From an uncultured virus (IMG/VR IMGVR_UViG_3300042366_001473) (taxonomy: Duplodnaviria > Heunggongvirae > Uroviricota > Caudoviricetes): 64,000 bases of DNA. The translations under genes were made by a program, and so were the position numbers. The stretch is taken from IMG/VR virus record IMGVR_UViG_3300042366_001473. One strand, given 5' to 3'. This document shows positions 40,194 through 49,382 of this stretch, piece after piece. Position 1 is the first letter of the stretch, and the number at the start of each line of letters is the position of its first letter. The notes under the pieces are model-generated. The model saw nothing but the letters and a program-made list of their open reading frames with translations, was not told the origin of the DNA and did no database searches.

Positions 40194-41711
40194 TTAGCTG
40201 GTCATACTGCCCCGTGTTGCGCTGTTGAACGGCATGTACAAATATCTATTGGCAGCACCTTGTAGACTGTTGAAGTTGCTGTAGCCGCCTGTGGTGGGAT
40301 TGGCCAATGCGTTTTTTTGTGAGGTGCTGGCAATAAAACTTTTGGCTTCTGCAGGCGTCATTCTGGGCCGTGCCTGCAATACACAGGCCAACACACCAGT
40401 TACCTGTGGGCAAGCCTGACTGGTACCTGACACTTTGTTCAAATAATAGGCGGAGTTTCTAGGATCACGTACTGCAGCGGTAACATAGGATCTGTTGGCA
40501 TATGCGCCCATGATTAGGTTGCCCGGGGCAAACACATCAATTCTAGGTCCTGTTTCACTAAAATAAACTTTTTGTTCTGATATGCTGTCAATGGCGCCAA
40601 CACAAATCATTGCCGGAGCACTGGTGGGACTGCTACCTCGATGGTAGTAGTTGATGGTTCCGCTACTATCTCTCCAAAAATTATCGTAGTCAATGCCGCC
40701 AGGCACATCAATTTTGTGTCGATAATTTCCAGCTGCACCTACTAAAATAACACCTGCAGCGGCACAAGACTGTACACTGGCGGTGATATAACTATAGGTA
40801 GCAGGAAAAACTTGAAAGACTTGACCATAAGTGCTGTTTGGGGCAAAACTAAAATAATTTGTGCCACGCCAAGTGGTAGAGACCATTGAGCTGTAAGGCC
40901 CTCTCCAGCCCCAACTGTTGGTACAGATTGTGGGTCGAGTATTGCCATTGGCTATTTTTTGCAAGTGAAACGCTCTAACCAAATCAAAAGCAATATCACT
41001 GTTGATTGCGTTAAGATAAGCACCTGTTTGTATGCTAGGGCCAGCAAAAATTCTAATAGAATAAATTGCTGCGCCACTGGCCCAGCCACAGGTATTGCCC
41101 ACAGCAATACTGGCACAGTTGGTACCGTGACCGTCGCTGTCACCTAGATATCCTCCAATGCTGGCTGAACTTGGTGTGCCTGATACTCCCAAACTGGCCC
41201 AATCAAAATCTACAACTCTGGTGCCACCTGTGCCGTCGTCGTTGACTGCAAATTCTGGATGGCCTGCTTCTACTCCAGAATCAACCACTACAACATCAAC
41301 CCCTGTGCCATCAAGATTGTAATAGAAAGGTTCCAACACGTTTGATGTGTTGGCAAAATTGTTGGTAGGAGTGTTGCACCGCACCAGCCCCCAATTTTTC
41401 ATTGCTGATGTTGTGGTGTTGCTTTTGTTGTAATCACGAGGAGGACGCTGAGCATGAAATCCTTTGCTGACATTGGGATTCTGTTCAGCTGATAGTTCAA
41501 CATCAAGTATCCGAGGATCCTGGCGCAGTTGATTGGCTTCAGAATCTGACAGCAAAAAATGAGCACAGTATTCGTTGAACGGGCGTTCATTGACCACATC
41601 AACATTTCTGGTGGGTACAAAATTATCGCCCAGTCCATTGGTTGTGAGTTCATGCCAGAGCCCTGTATCCCACACATTGGGATCATGCACAGTTACAACA
41701 TATTCTTTCAT
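40194..41711 (-). CDS. Subtilisin-like S8 serine protease with N-terminal propeptide
   Basis: VVVVDSG (Asp), HGTNCAS (His), AAGN (oxyanion Asn), SGTSQACP (Ser); start at MKEYVV, ATG 41711. Confidence 0.92.
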   Translation of the reverse strand: MKEYVVTVHDPNVWDTGLWHELTTNGLGDNFVPTRNVDVVNERPFNEYCAHFLLSDSEANQLRQDPRILDVELSAEQNPNVSKGFHAQRPPRDYNKSNTTTSAMKNWGLVRCNTPTNNFANTSNVLEPFYYNLDGTGVDVVVVDSGVEAGHPEFAVNDDGTGGTRVVDFDWASLGVSGTPSSASIGGYLGDSDGHGTNCASIAVGNTCGWASGAAIYSIRIFAGPSIQTGAYLNAINSDIAFDLVRAFHLQKIANGNTRPTICTNSWGWRGPYSSMVSTTWRGTNYFSFAPNSTYGQVFQVFPATYSYITASVQSCAAAGVILVGAAGNYRHKIDVPGGIDYDNFWRDSSGTINYYHRGSSPTSAPAMICVGAIDSISEQKVYFSETGPRIDVFAPGNLIMGAYANRSYVTAAVRDPRNSAYYLNKVSGTSQACPQVTGVLACVLQARPRMTPAEAKSFIASTSQKNALANPTTGGYSNFNSLQGAANRYLYMPFNSATRGSMTS

Positions 41712-41713
41712 GA

Positions 41714-43246
41714 TCAGATTGCACCGTTGCCAGATATTTTGAGCCAGGCTGTACCATTGTACCATACAGGGCAAGCACCTCCTGACGCATCACTGCAAAA
41801 TGCAATTGACCCCACAGCAATTCCACCCAACGCATTTAGTTGTGCTCGGGTTTTGCTGGGCAGTGAGACCACATTGCTAAAAGTAACTTGTCCCACAGTG
41901 TTTAAATTGATATCGTTGCCGCTGGCAATTACCACAGGTCCTGCGCCTGTAAATATCAAGTTAGCAGTGGACACAATGTTGGCTGTCACAGTATTGAATG
42001 TGGGATCTGAAGGATATGCTCCGCCGCCACCGGCTATACCTGTCAACAAACTACCATTTCCAATGAAATAATTGCCTTGAATATTGCCAACTGCTGTGAC
42101 GTTGCCTGATGCGCTGACTCGACCTGTGTTGACGTTGGCTGACTGTACATTGCCTGTGACTGACAATGTTGCAAATGTTGGGTTGGTATTTTGTACTGCA
42201 ACATTGGCACCATTGAATTGCAGTACACTTCCGCTGGTTGACAACCGTTGATTACCAATATAAACATTGCCGGTGCCAACATATAAATCTTTCCACTGGC
42301 TACTCGAAGTACCAATGCTGTAAGTATTGCTGTTGACTGGAACAATGTTGGATGAAACTGCTGTCAAATCTGTAGCACCACCAGACCCTCCATCACTGAA
42401 AGATTGGTATGCTTCCATCTCAGCCCAAACATTGCCTATGTTATCATTGAAGTAGATGTATTGAACTGCAGAATTACTGTCAATCCAAATATCACCTTGC
42501 AACACGTTTTCAGTAGGAGGTGTTGCACTAAAAGTCAAATTGCCACCGTTGGTCGACAAAACGCCGGTCAGGAATCTACCATTGCCCAAAAAGTTGGTAC
42601 CTGATATGTTGGCACTTGAAGTAATAGCCCCAGTCACGCTCAGAGTAGAACTACCGGTAATTGCTCCATTGGCGTTTATCTCGCCACTGGCATTGATTGT
42701 GCCAGCAAACAAGTTGTTCCATTGACGATCAACATTGCCCAAATTGTATTGAGAATTTGCGGATGGCAACAAACTACCAGCAAATGTAGCAGCAGTTTGG
42801 CCGATTACCACAGTGTTGCTGTTGCCACCAATAGTGATAACCACGTTGCCATTCAACTGCGGGATGGCCACGTTGGATGTGCCGTTGACAATAAAGCTGC
42901 CTGAATCTGCAGTAATGCCGGTCAGCAATGCGCCATTGCCCACAAAGTACTGCCCATAAATGGTGTCAAATTGTGCAGAAGGACTACCAAGGTCGTACAC
43001 TGAATTGATACCTGGCAGCACAGTGCTTTCAAAGTTTACTGTGCCAATACCATTGGCTTCTATGATCAGATTCTGATTCAGTCCAGTGGTAGAAATAACA
43101 TTGTTGGATATCCGAACATTGCTGCCCACAGGACCTGCTGTCCAAATTTGTGTAAAGTTATTGTTTACATCCGTAAACGCCTGACGCAACGGCTCCCCAG
43201 TTCCATCGTTTGCTGCTGCGCCGGTGTCGATTATTTGTTGTGCCAT
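41714..43246 (-). CDS. Baseplate/fibre protein with T4 gp9/gp10-like N-terminus
   Basis: IIDTGAAANDGTGEPLRQAFTDVNNNF N-terminus; YDLGS..W repeats; GNGSLLTGI repeats; GGTAAATA at 43269-43276. Confidence 0.7.
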   Translation of the reverse strand: MAQQIIDTGAAANDGTGEPLRQAFTDVNNNFTQIWTAGPVGSNVRISNNVISTTGLNQNLIIEANGIGTVNFESTVLPGINSVYDLGSPSAQFDTIYGQYFVGNGALLTGITADSGSFIVNGTSNVAIPQLNGNVVITIGGNSNTVVIGQTAATFAGSLLPSANSQYNLGNVDRQWNNLFAGTINASGEINANGAITGSSTLSVTGAITSSANISGTNFLGNGRFLTGVLSTNGGNLTFSATPPTENVLQGDIWIDSNSAVQYIYFNDNIGNVWAEMEAYQSFSDGGSGGATDLTAVSSNIVPVNSNTYSIGTSSSQWKDLYVGTGNVYIGNQRLSTSGSVLQFNGANVAVQNTNPTFATLSVTGNVQSANVNTGRVSASGNVTAVGNIQGNYFIGNGSLLTGIAGGGGAYPSDPTFNTVTANIVSTANLIFTGAGPVVIASGNDINLNTVGQVTFSNVVSLPSKTRAQLNALGGIAVGSIAFCSDASGGACPVWYNGTAWLKISGNGAI

Positions 43247-43304
43247 AGGTATACAAGTCCTCTAGTTGTATTTACCAGAAGACTTGCTTTAAATTTCTTG
43301 GATA

Positions 43305-46300
43305 TCAGTCTCTGCCAACCACTATTTCAATGGTGCCAGTTGCGCCACTGAAGTTCTGTAGGCTCTTGCCAATGATTGTGCCAGCAGATGCACTCTTGAC
43401 TGCTCGAGCATGCCCGTCTGCGGCCGACACCAGCAGATCACCTTTTTCCACAGGACCAAACACCTTGCACGGTACTCGTCCTTGCAATGCCAGTTTCACA
43501 GCATAATCGCCTGTGAGTCCTGAGTTCATCAAGTAGCTAGGATCAGTTGAAACTACCCCTGCAACTCTATGATCTGCATCTGTAGTTGAAATAGTCACTT
43601 CTTTGTTGCCGCCAAATATCAGCACAGTGCCAGGCTGATAAGGTTGATCTGCTAGGAATTTTTCAGCCAAGTCAGCATACAGAGCTGATGTTGCTCTAGC
43701 AAATACAGTGTCAAATGCCGAACCTGCTGCACCAATGTTGCCTACTCCGTTGGTACCAGTTTTGGTAATGCTGCTTAGACTTACTAAACCTGCAGTGATC
43801 AAATTACCACCAGTGATGTTGCCAGATACGCTGAGTGCGCTCAACGTGCCAACTGATGTGATATTGGGCTGTGCAGCAGAGGTCACAGTACCTGCTGTAG
43901 TAGCTGAAGTAGCACTACCAGCACTGACTGCAAATGTGGCATTGGCCACGGTACCTGTGACATTAGCGCCTGTAATACTGCTGAGTCCAGAGCCGTTGCC
44001 GTTGATGTTTGCGCCAGTGATATTGCCACTTGAACTCAACGATGTTAATGTACCCACACTTGTGATATTGGGCTGCGCTGCGGTAGTCACTGTACCTGCA
44101 GTGGTTGCACTTGTTGCGTTGGTTGCGTTGGTTGCGTTGGCCGCGTTGGGCACGGTACCTGTGACGTTGGCTCCTGGTATTGACGTAAGTCCTGCACCAG
44201 ATCCAATAAATTGTCCACTTGTTTGTATATTTCCAGTGGCGCTGATCAAACCTGTGGTGTACTGTCCAGTAGTTGCCCATACTACAACGTTTGGTGTTCC
44301 GCCAACTCCAACAGATATATTGCCGCCTGAACTGAGCACAGTTACGTTACTGGTGCCAAAGTTGATGTTGGCCACAGATGTGATAACTCCAGTCAGCAGC
44401 GCACCATTGCCCAGAATGTAATTCCCAGTCACGTTGCCTGTGGCAGTGATCAATCCTGCGGTGATTAAGTTACCACCAGTGATGTTGCCTGTTGCACTGA
44501 CCAGGCCACCAGTGTTGATGTTGCCACCTGTGATGTTGCCAGTGGCACTGATTGTGGTAGACGCAGTCAATGATGCAGTTGATGTAATACCTGTGGTGGT
44601 TAAGTTGCCACCGGTGACGTTGCCAGTGCCCATGCTAAGACCTGTGCCTGAGGCAGTTAATGTTGCACTGCCCAATTTAATACTGTTACCTGATAGATAC
44701 AAATCTCGCCAGGCTTGTGTAGCACTGCCCAAGTCATAAGTGACGTTGGCACTGGGCAATAAATTACCCAACACATTACCGCTCAAACTCAATCCAGCAG
44801 CTAACAAATTACCACCCGTGATGTTGCCAGTTGCCGAAATCAACCCACCTGTTAACAAGTTGCCACCTGTAATATTGCCAGATGCACTCACAAGGCCGCC
44901 GGTGATATTGCCAGCTACGCTCAACGCACTCAACGTGCCCAAAGACGTAATATTAGGTTGGGCAGCGGCACTGACTGTGGCAGAATATCCTGAAATGTTG
45001 ATGGTATATATGCCAGTTAGTCGGTCGCTGGGCACTGTGCCTGTGGTCAAATTGCTGGCGTTGGCCACACCAATTACAGTGTTGAAATTGCCAATGGTAG
45101 CATTGACGTTACCACCGTCGATGTTGCCTGTGGCGCTGACCAAGCCTGCAGTGGTAATGTTGCCACCAGTGACATTGCCTGTGACTGACACTAATCCTGT
45201 CACAGTCATTGTGTTAGTGGTAATAATTACCACGTTGGAAGTTCCAGCTACGTCACCAGTGATGTTGCCACCTGAGCCACGAATAGTCCAGTTTGAAGTA
45301 CCGTTGGCCAACTGAGTCACTGCCACATTGGCAGCAATAGTGATGTTTGACAAAAATCCGCCATCGCCAACAAAAAATGATCCTGCAACAACGTTGCCTG
45401 CTGCAACAACTAATCCAGTTGAATTAACATTGGCACCTATGACGTTACCAATTGCACTGACTTGGCCACCTGTGTTGATATTGCCACCTGTGACGTTTCC
45501 GCCTGCTGATACTGTGGTCACAGCAGTTACAGAATTTGTGTTGGCCACACCTCCTACATTGAGGTTGGCTCCTGTTATGTTGCCAGAAGCACTCACTGTA
45601 GTAGCAAATATGTCAGTGGTAGTTAAGTTACCTGTAGCACTAATAACACCGTCGCTGACCAAATTTCCACCACGGATGTTTCCTGTGGCAGTTACTCCGC
45701 CGGCACCGGCACTGATCCCTGTGGTTGCAGAAAGATTGTTGGCCACAACGTTGGCAGTAATTGCCAAATTACCACCAGCAATATTTGCTGCACTTGTAAT
45801 GTTTCCAGTGGCACTTACTAGCCCTGCAGTAATAAAATTACCACCAGTGACGTTGCCAATAACTGTGGCAGTACCACTGACATATGTGTTGCCAGAAACT
45901 GCAAATGTATGCAATGGGGCTGTGTTGGCAACACCAACATTGCCTACATCGTCAATTGCAAATTTTGCAGTGGCTGCTGCACCATCTGTGGACGTCAAAA
46001 CTTCATATCTTGCATTTCCAGTGGCACTGGTTGCAATGGATCTAACTGCTGTTGTTACTCTTGCTCCAGGTGCAGTATCGCTGGTAAACCATTCCACAGC
46101 ACCTAACACCGTGTTTGTGGTGATTGTGGTATCTGTATCGTTGAATCTAAACGTGGGCTGGCCAAGGCTGGCGTCTCTGGTAATTGAAACATTACCTGTG
46201 GTATTTAAATTTCCAAAAGAAACGTTGCCCGCAATAACCCCGTTGACCTGTAGATTGCCAATGACTGCGTTTCCTGTTACGTTGGCATTTCCAGCCACAC

Positions 46301-46574
46301 TTATACCATCAGGAGCAATCACCATCACATTGCTGACACCACCCACACTGATATTGGCATTGCCGTTGGCCTGTTGAATTTCAATGGATGTTGTGCCGTT
46401 GAATATTTTGTCACCAGCAATGTTACCGGTCAAGCTAGCATTGCCACTCACACTCAGATCGCCGTTGATAACCACTGACACTGCATTGGCTGTGGGGCCA
46501 ATGAACGAAACCGAAGAGTTAGCAGTCAGGGTTTCAAAAACAATATTACCGGTGGCACGCTTGTAGGTAGACAT
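43305..46574 (-). CDS. Tail fibre/spike with C-terminal intramolecular-chaperone (Peptidase_G2-like) domain
   Basis: Same repeats and YADLAEKF...VAGVVSTDPSYLMN...IIGKSL C-terminus as 26198..30568; CATAAATA at 46592-46599. Confidence 0.8.
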   Translation of the reverse strand: MSTYKRATGNIVFETLTANSSVSFIGPTANAVSVVINGDLSVSGNASLTGNIAGDKIFNGTTSIEIQQANGNANISVGGVSNVMVIAPDGISVAGNANVTGNAVIGNLQVNGVIAGNVSFGNLNTTGNVSITRDASLGQPTFRFNDTDTTITTNTVLGAVEWFTSDTAPGARVTTAVRSIATSATGNARYEVLTSTDGAAATAKFAIDDVGNVGVANTAPLHTFAVSGNTYVSGTATVIGNVTGGNFITAGLVSATGNITSAANIAGGNLAITANVVANNLSATTGISAGAGGVTATGNIRGGNLVSDGVISATGNLTTTDIFATTVSASGNITGANLNVGGVANTNSVTAVTTVSAGGNVTGGNINTGGQVSAIGNVIGANVNSTGLVVAAGNVVAGSFFVGDGGFLSNITIAANVAVTQLANGTSNWTIRGSGGNITGDVAGTSNVVIITTNTMTVTGLVSVTGNVTGGNITTAGLVSATGNIDGGNVNATIGNFNTVIGVANASNLTTGTVPSDRLTGIYTINISGYSATVSAAAQPNITSLGTLSALSVAGNITGGLVSASGNITGGNLLTGGLISATGNITGGNLLAAGLSLSGNVLGNLLPSANVTYDLGSATQAWRDLYLSGNSIKLGSATLTASGTGLSMGTGNVTGGNLTTTGITSTASLTASTTISATGNITGGNINTGGLVSATGNITGGNLITAGLITATGNVTGNYILGNGALLTGVITSVANINFGTSNVTVLSSGGNISVGVGGTPNVVVWATTGQYTTGLISATGNIQTSGQFIGSGAGLTSIPGANVTGTVPNAANATNATNATSATTAGTVTTAAQPNITSVGTLTSLSSSGNITGANINGNGSGLSSITGANVTGTVANATFAVSAGSATSATTAGTVTSAAQPNITSVGTLSALSVSGNITGGNLITAGLVSLSSITKTGTNGVGNIGAAGSAFDTVFARATSALYADLAEKFLADQPYQPGTVLIFGGNKEVTISTTDADHRVAGVVSTDPSYLMNSGLTGDYAVKLALQGRVPCKVFGPVEKGDLLVSAADGHARAVKSASAGTIIGKSLQNFSGATGTIEIVVGRD

Positions 46575-47162
46575 TTACAGATCCTTTGTGTTATTTATGC
46601 GGTTTAGAAAGTCTGCCATTGGCATGGTCGCAAGGTTGGGCACACCATTGAGTTCCAGTATGTCTGCGGTGGTTTCTCCTTGCACTCTAAAAAAGTTTGT
46701 TTTGGGGAAATCTTGCATTATTTGTGCCAACTGTCGAGCCCAGTTGCCTGCGTAGGTCGGGCGTGCTGAGCTTTTTTTGTAGAATTCTGTGTCAGCATAC
46801 ACATTGTTGAATTGATTATGATCTTTGGGACCCATGTCAAACCCCACTAGGTACACAGCAACATTTTGGTCTCGGGCTGCTATACCCACTGCGATAGGTC
46901 CAGAACTGTAGCCGTAGTAACGTTGTGGAACTTGTTGTGCACCCAGGCCAGGAATAGGCTTGCGAGTGTACATTCTGTGTTGAGCAGAATATCCTGATTG
47001 TTGTATTGCTGTGCTGATAGGAGTGTCTGTGCTGACCAATACATCAGGCACAAAATCTCTGTACAAGGCATTGCACCCGTAGATTTGTCCCAGATGTCGT
47101 AGAGTGTTTAGATCTACCTGCTGTCGGCTTACGCCATTGCCCAATACAAATGCTCTGCTCAT
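46575..47162 (-). CDS. Maf/DUF115-like (sialyltransferase-like fold) protein
   Basis: AFVLGNGVS, IYGCNALYR, PDVLVSTD, SSG, VYLVGFD motifs. Confidence 0.55.
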   Translation of the reverse strand: MSRAFVLGNGVSRQQVDLNTLRHLGQIYGCNALYRDFVPDVLVSTDTPISTAIQQSGYSAQHRMYTRKPIPGLGAQQVPQRYYGYSSGPIAVGIAARDQNVAVYLVGFDMGPKDHNQFNNVYADTEFYKKSSARPTYAGNWARQLAQIMQDFPKTNFFRVQGETTADILELNGVPNLATMPMADFLNRINNTKDL

Positions 47163-47195
47163 AAAAAATCCTCCCAGTATGTATCTGAGAGGATT
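47163..47195 (-). terminator. Terminator-like hairpin containing the next gene's SD
   Basis: - strand AATCCTCTCAG-ATACATA-CTGGGAGGATT-TTTT-ATG. Confidence 0.65.
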
Positions 47196-47210
47196 CAGGA
47201 TTAGTAGATA

Positions 47211-47915
47211 TTACGAAGTAAAGTTCTCTACAATTGCCAAACTCACGCGGTTTTGTTGTCCACTTACGTTGGCAGCACCTGTAGTACCTGACTTGACTTC
47301 ATAGCCTTCGTCGCTGAAGAAGTTGGTCAAATAACGAACCGGGGGTGTGCTGTAGTCCAGAGCAAACTTGTTGGTCAGCTTGCTGATCAACTGTGCAGTA
47401 CTGTCGCCTGTGCTGAATGTGATGTTCATGTTGCCTACAGTGAGTGCTGTGTCAGCTTCGTTGGCCAACACACATGTACCTACGTTTTGCACAGTACCTG
47501 TGCCTGCACCCGCTGCAGTTGCAGTGAATACATCACCAACTGCTGCATTTGAATCGCTGGCTCCGCATGCTGCCCAGTCAGTGGTACCCACACTCAAAAT
47601 ACGATATGCTTGACCTACAACCATGTCTTCGTCGTTGACCGCTGTGACAGTGGCCACTTGATACTTGGTAGTGCCTTTTTGTGTGATGATGTATGCATCA
47701 GCTTCAGATGCTGTGCCTACAATAAATGCACGGCATTTGACCACAGGAAACGCAGCAGTAGCTACGCTAGCATTGGCACCACCCACAACACCCAGATACT
47801 CTGTACCATCAAATGTGGTAGGATCGCTGGGATAAATTGGATTGGTCAGTGCGCTAAACGGATTGAAACCGATGTCACTGGTAGTAGATTTTTTAATTTT
47901 TAGAGGACGACCCAT
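47211..47915 (-). CDS. Probable virion structural protein (possibly capsid decoration)
   Basis: Strong AAGGAG RBS, own late promoter CATAAATA (48008-48015), Ala/Thr/Gly rich. Confidence 0.55.
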   Translation of the reverse strand: MGRPLKIKKSTTSDIGFNPFSALTNPIYPSDPTTFDGTEYLGVVGGANASVATAAFPVVKCRAFIVGTASEADAYIITQKGTTKYQVATVTAVNDEDMVVGQAYRILSVGTTDWAACGASDSNAAVGDVFTATAAGAGTGTVQNVGTCVLANEADTALTVGNMNITFSTGDSTAQLISKLTNKFALDYSTPPVRYLTNFFSDEGYEVKSGTTGAANVSGQQNRVSLAIVENFTS

Positions 47916-48056
47916 TTGTTTTCTCCTTAAAGAAGTCCGATGCGGGTTCTAGCCGCTACGCTGAGGGTGTTAACAACAGCATAAAACGCACGATTGCGTT
48001 GCAGATATATTTATGGAAAATGTCAAAAGCTCAGGCAGCACGCATTAAATATCAGT

Positions 48057-49205
48057 ATGGAAACAGAATTTTTAATTGAACAAGGCAATCAACATCGCAC
48101 CGATCGCCAATATCACGAAGCACTCAAATGCTATGCATTGGCGTTTGTGCAAGATCCAGAATCGGCAGCGGCCTGGAACAACTACGGCAATGTAACCAGA
48201 GAAATGGGTTATCCTGCTAGATCTGTACCGTTTTTGCAACATGCATTGGTGTTGGAACCCAACAATGTCACTGCACAATTCAATTTGGCAGTGGCCTATC
48301 TGCTGCAAGGCGACTACAGTCGCGGTTGGCCAGCATACGAAGCTAGATGGAACTACGAGCATCTTGCTGGCACAGAACCCAAGTATCAGCAGCCACGTTG
48401 GCGCGGTCAAGATCTACGAGACAAAACCATTCTTGTGGTAGGCGAACAAGGACACGGGGACAACATTCAGTTTGTGAGATTTTTGTGGAACTTGCATCAA
48501 ATGGGTGCAAAAGTCAAACTACAAGTCACTGACGGTTTGATTCCGCTGCTGAGTCGCAGCAATATCATACACCAAGTAGGTAGATATACCGACGACATGG
48601 GCGAGTTTGATTATTGGGTTCCTATCATGAGCATACCCGGTGTGTTGGGCATCACACTAGATATACTGGCAAAACCTGTGAGTTATCTCAATGCTGATCC
48701 TGCACTGGTTCAACAGTGGCAAGAACGTCTGGGTCCAAAAACACGCATGAGAGTAGGTCTGTGCTGGAGCGGACGTCGAGACTCATGGCTCAATCAACAC
48801 AAAGCCATGCAGTTTGATGATGTTGTTCGCATGTTGAAAGACAACCCGCAATACGAATGGATCAATCTACAGTGTGATGCCACTGAAGAAGAAACTGCTG
48901 AACTTCAACAGTTGGGTGTCAAAATGTTTCCTGGTTGTGTGTCAAGCTTTGCAGAAACTGCTGCACTGATCATGCACATGGACGTTGTGGTCAGTGTGGA
49001 CACTGCTGTGGCTCACTTGTCTGGTGCACTGGGCAGGCCGCTGTGGTTGATGATCCAACGCTACAGTACTGATTGGCGATGGTTGTTGGATCGCGACAGT
49101 TCCCCTTGGTACTCCACAGCACGACTGTTTAGACAATCTGATTACGGAGATTGGACCAGCGTTGTTAAAAAAGTTAGCCAATATCTATCGTGGTTCAAGG
49201 TGTAA
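48057..49205 (+). CDS. TPR-repeat glycosyltransferase (GT-B, GT9-like C-terminus)
   Basis: TPR helices (AWNNYGN, AQFNLA), EQGHGDNIQFVRF, VGLCWSG, DVVVSVDTAVAHLSGALGRP, DWRW, SPWY; ATTAAATA 5 nt before ATG 48057. Confidence 0.88.
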   Translation: METEFLIEQGNQHRTDRQYHEALKCYALAFVQDPESAAAWNNYGNVTREMGYPARSVPFLQHALVLEPNNVTAQFNLAVAYLLQGDYSRGWPAYEARWNYEHLAGTEPKYQQPRWRGQDLRDKTILVVGEQGHGDNIQFVRFLWNLHQMGAKVKLQVTDGLIPLLSRSNIIHQVGRYTDDMGEFDYWVPIMSIPGVLGITLDILAKPVSYLNADPALVQQWQERLGPKTRMRVGLCWSGRRDSWLNQHKAMQFDDVVRMLKDNPQYEWINLQCDATEEETAELQQLGVKMFPGCVSSFAETAALIMHMDVVVSVDTAVAHLSGALGRPLWLMIQRYSTDWRWLLDRDSSPWYSTARLFRQSDYGDWTSVVKKVSQYLSWFKV

Positions 49206-49273
49206 TATAGTACAATACACCTGTATCCAATACAAGATACTATAAAAAGCAAAGTCGTTAAACTATATTACTT

Positions 49274-49320
49274 AATCCGCGCCACTCCTGAATTGACTTG
49301 TCAGAATGTGCGGATTTTTT
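49274..49320 (+). terminator. Hairpin plus T-run after TPR-GT gene
   Basis: AATCCGC...GCGGATT followed by TTTT. Confidence 0.55.
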
Positions 49321-49328
49321 ACGGCCAA

Positions 49329-49356
49329 CAAAAAAGCACCCGAAAGTGCTTTTTTG
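49329..49356. terminator. Bidirectional terminator after gp23
   Basis: CAAAAAAGCAC-CCGAAA-GTGCTTTTTTG. Confidence 0.85.
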
Positions 49357-49382
49357 GTTGCTTGTGAAAAGCCTTGCAGTGA

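Noticed and set aside
26198..43700. Paralogous fibre C-termini as a diversity-generating retroelement TR/VR pair
   Set aside because: Differences are not adenine-specific, both copies are coding, and no reverse transcriptase is in the window
26913..46377. Long + strand ORFs (e.g. 31913..33796, 34286..36301, 37016..38509) rich in LPPVMLPVA
   Set aside because: Antisense shadows of the Gly/Asn/Thr/Ala repeat codons in the fibre genes; no RBS or promoter and no independent protein features
12305..48056. ORF-track upstream starts at 12305, 13226, 14446, 18635, 21264, 41774 and 47994
   Set aside because: They run through promoters or neighbouring genes; downstream ATGs fit promoter spacing or stop/start coupling better
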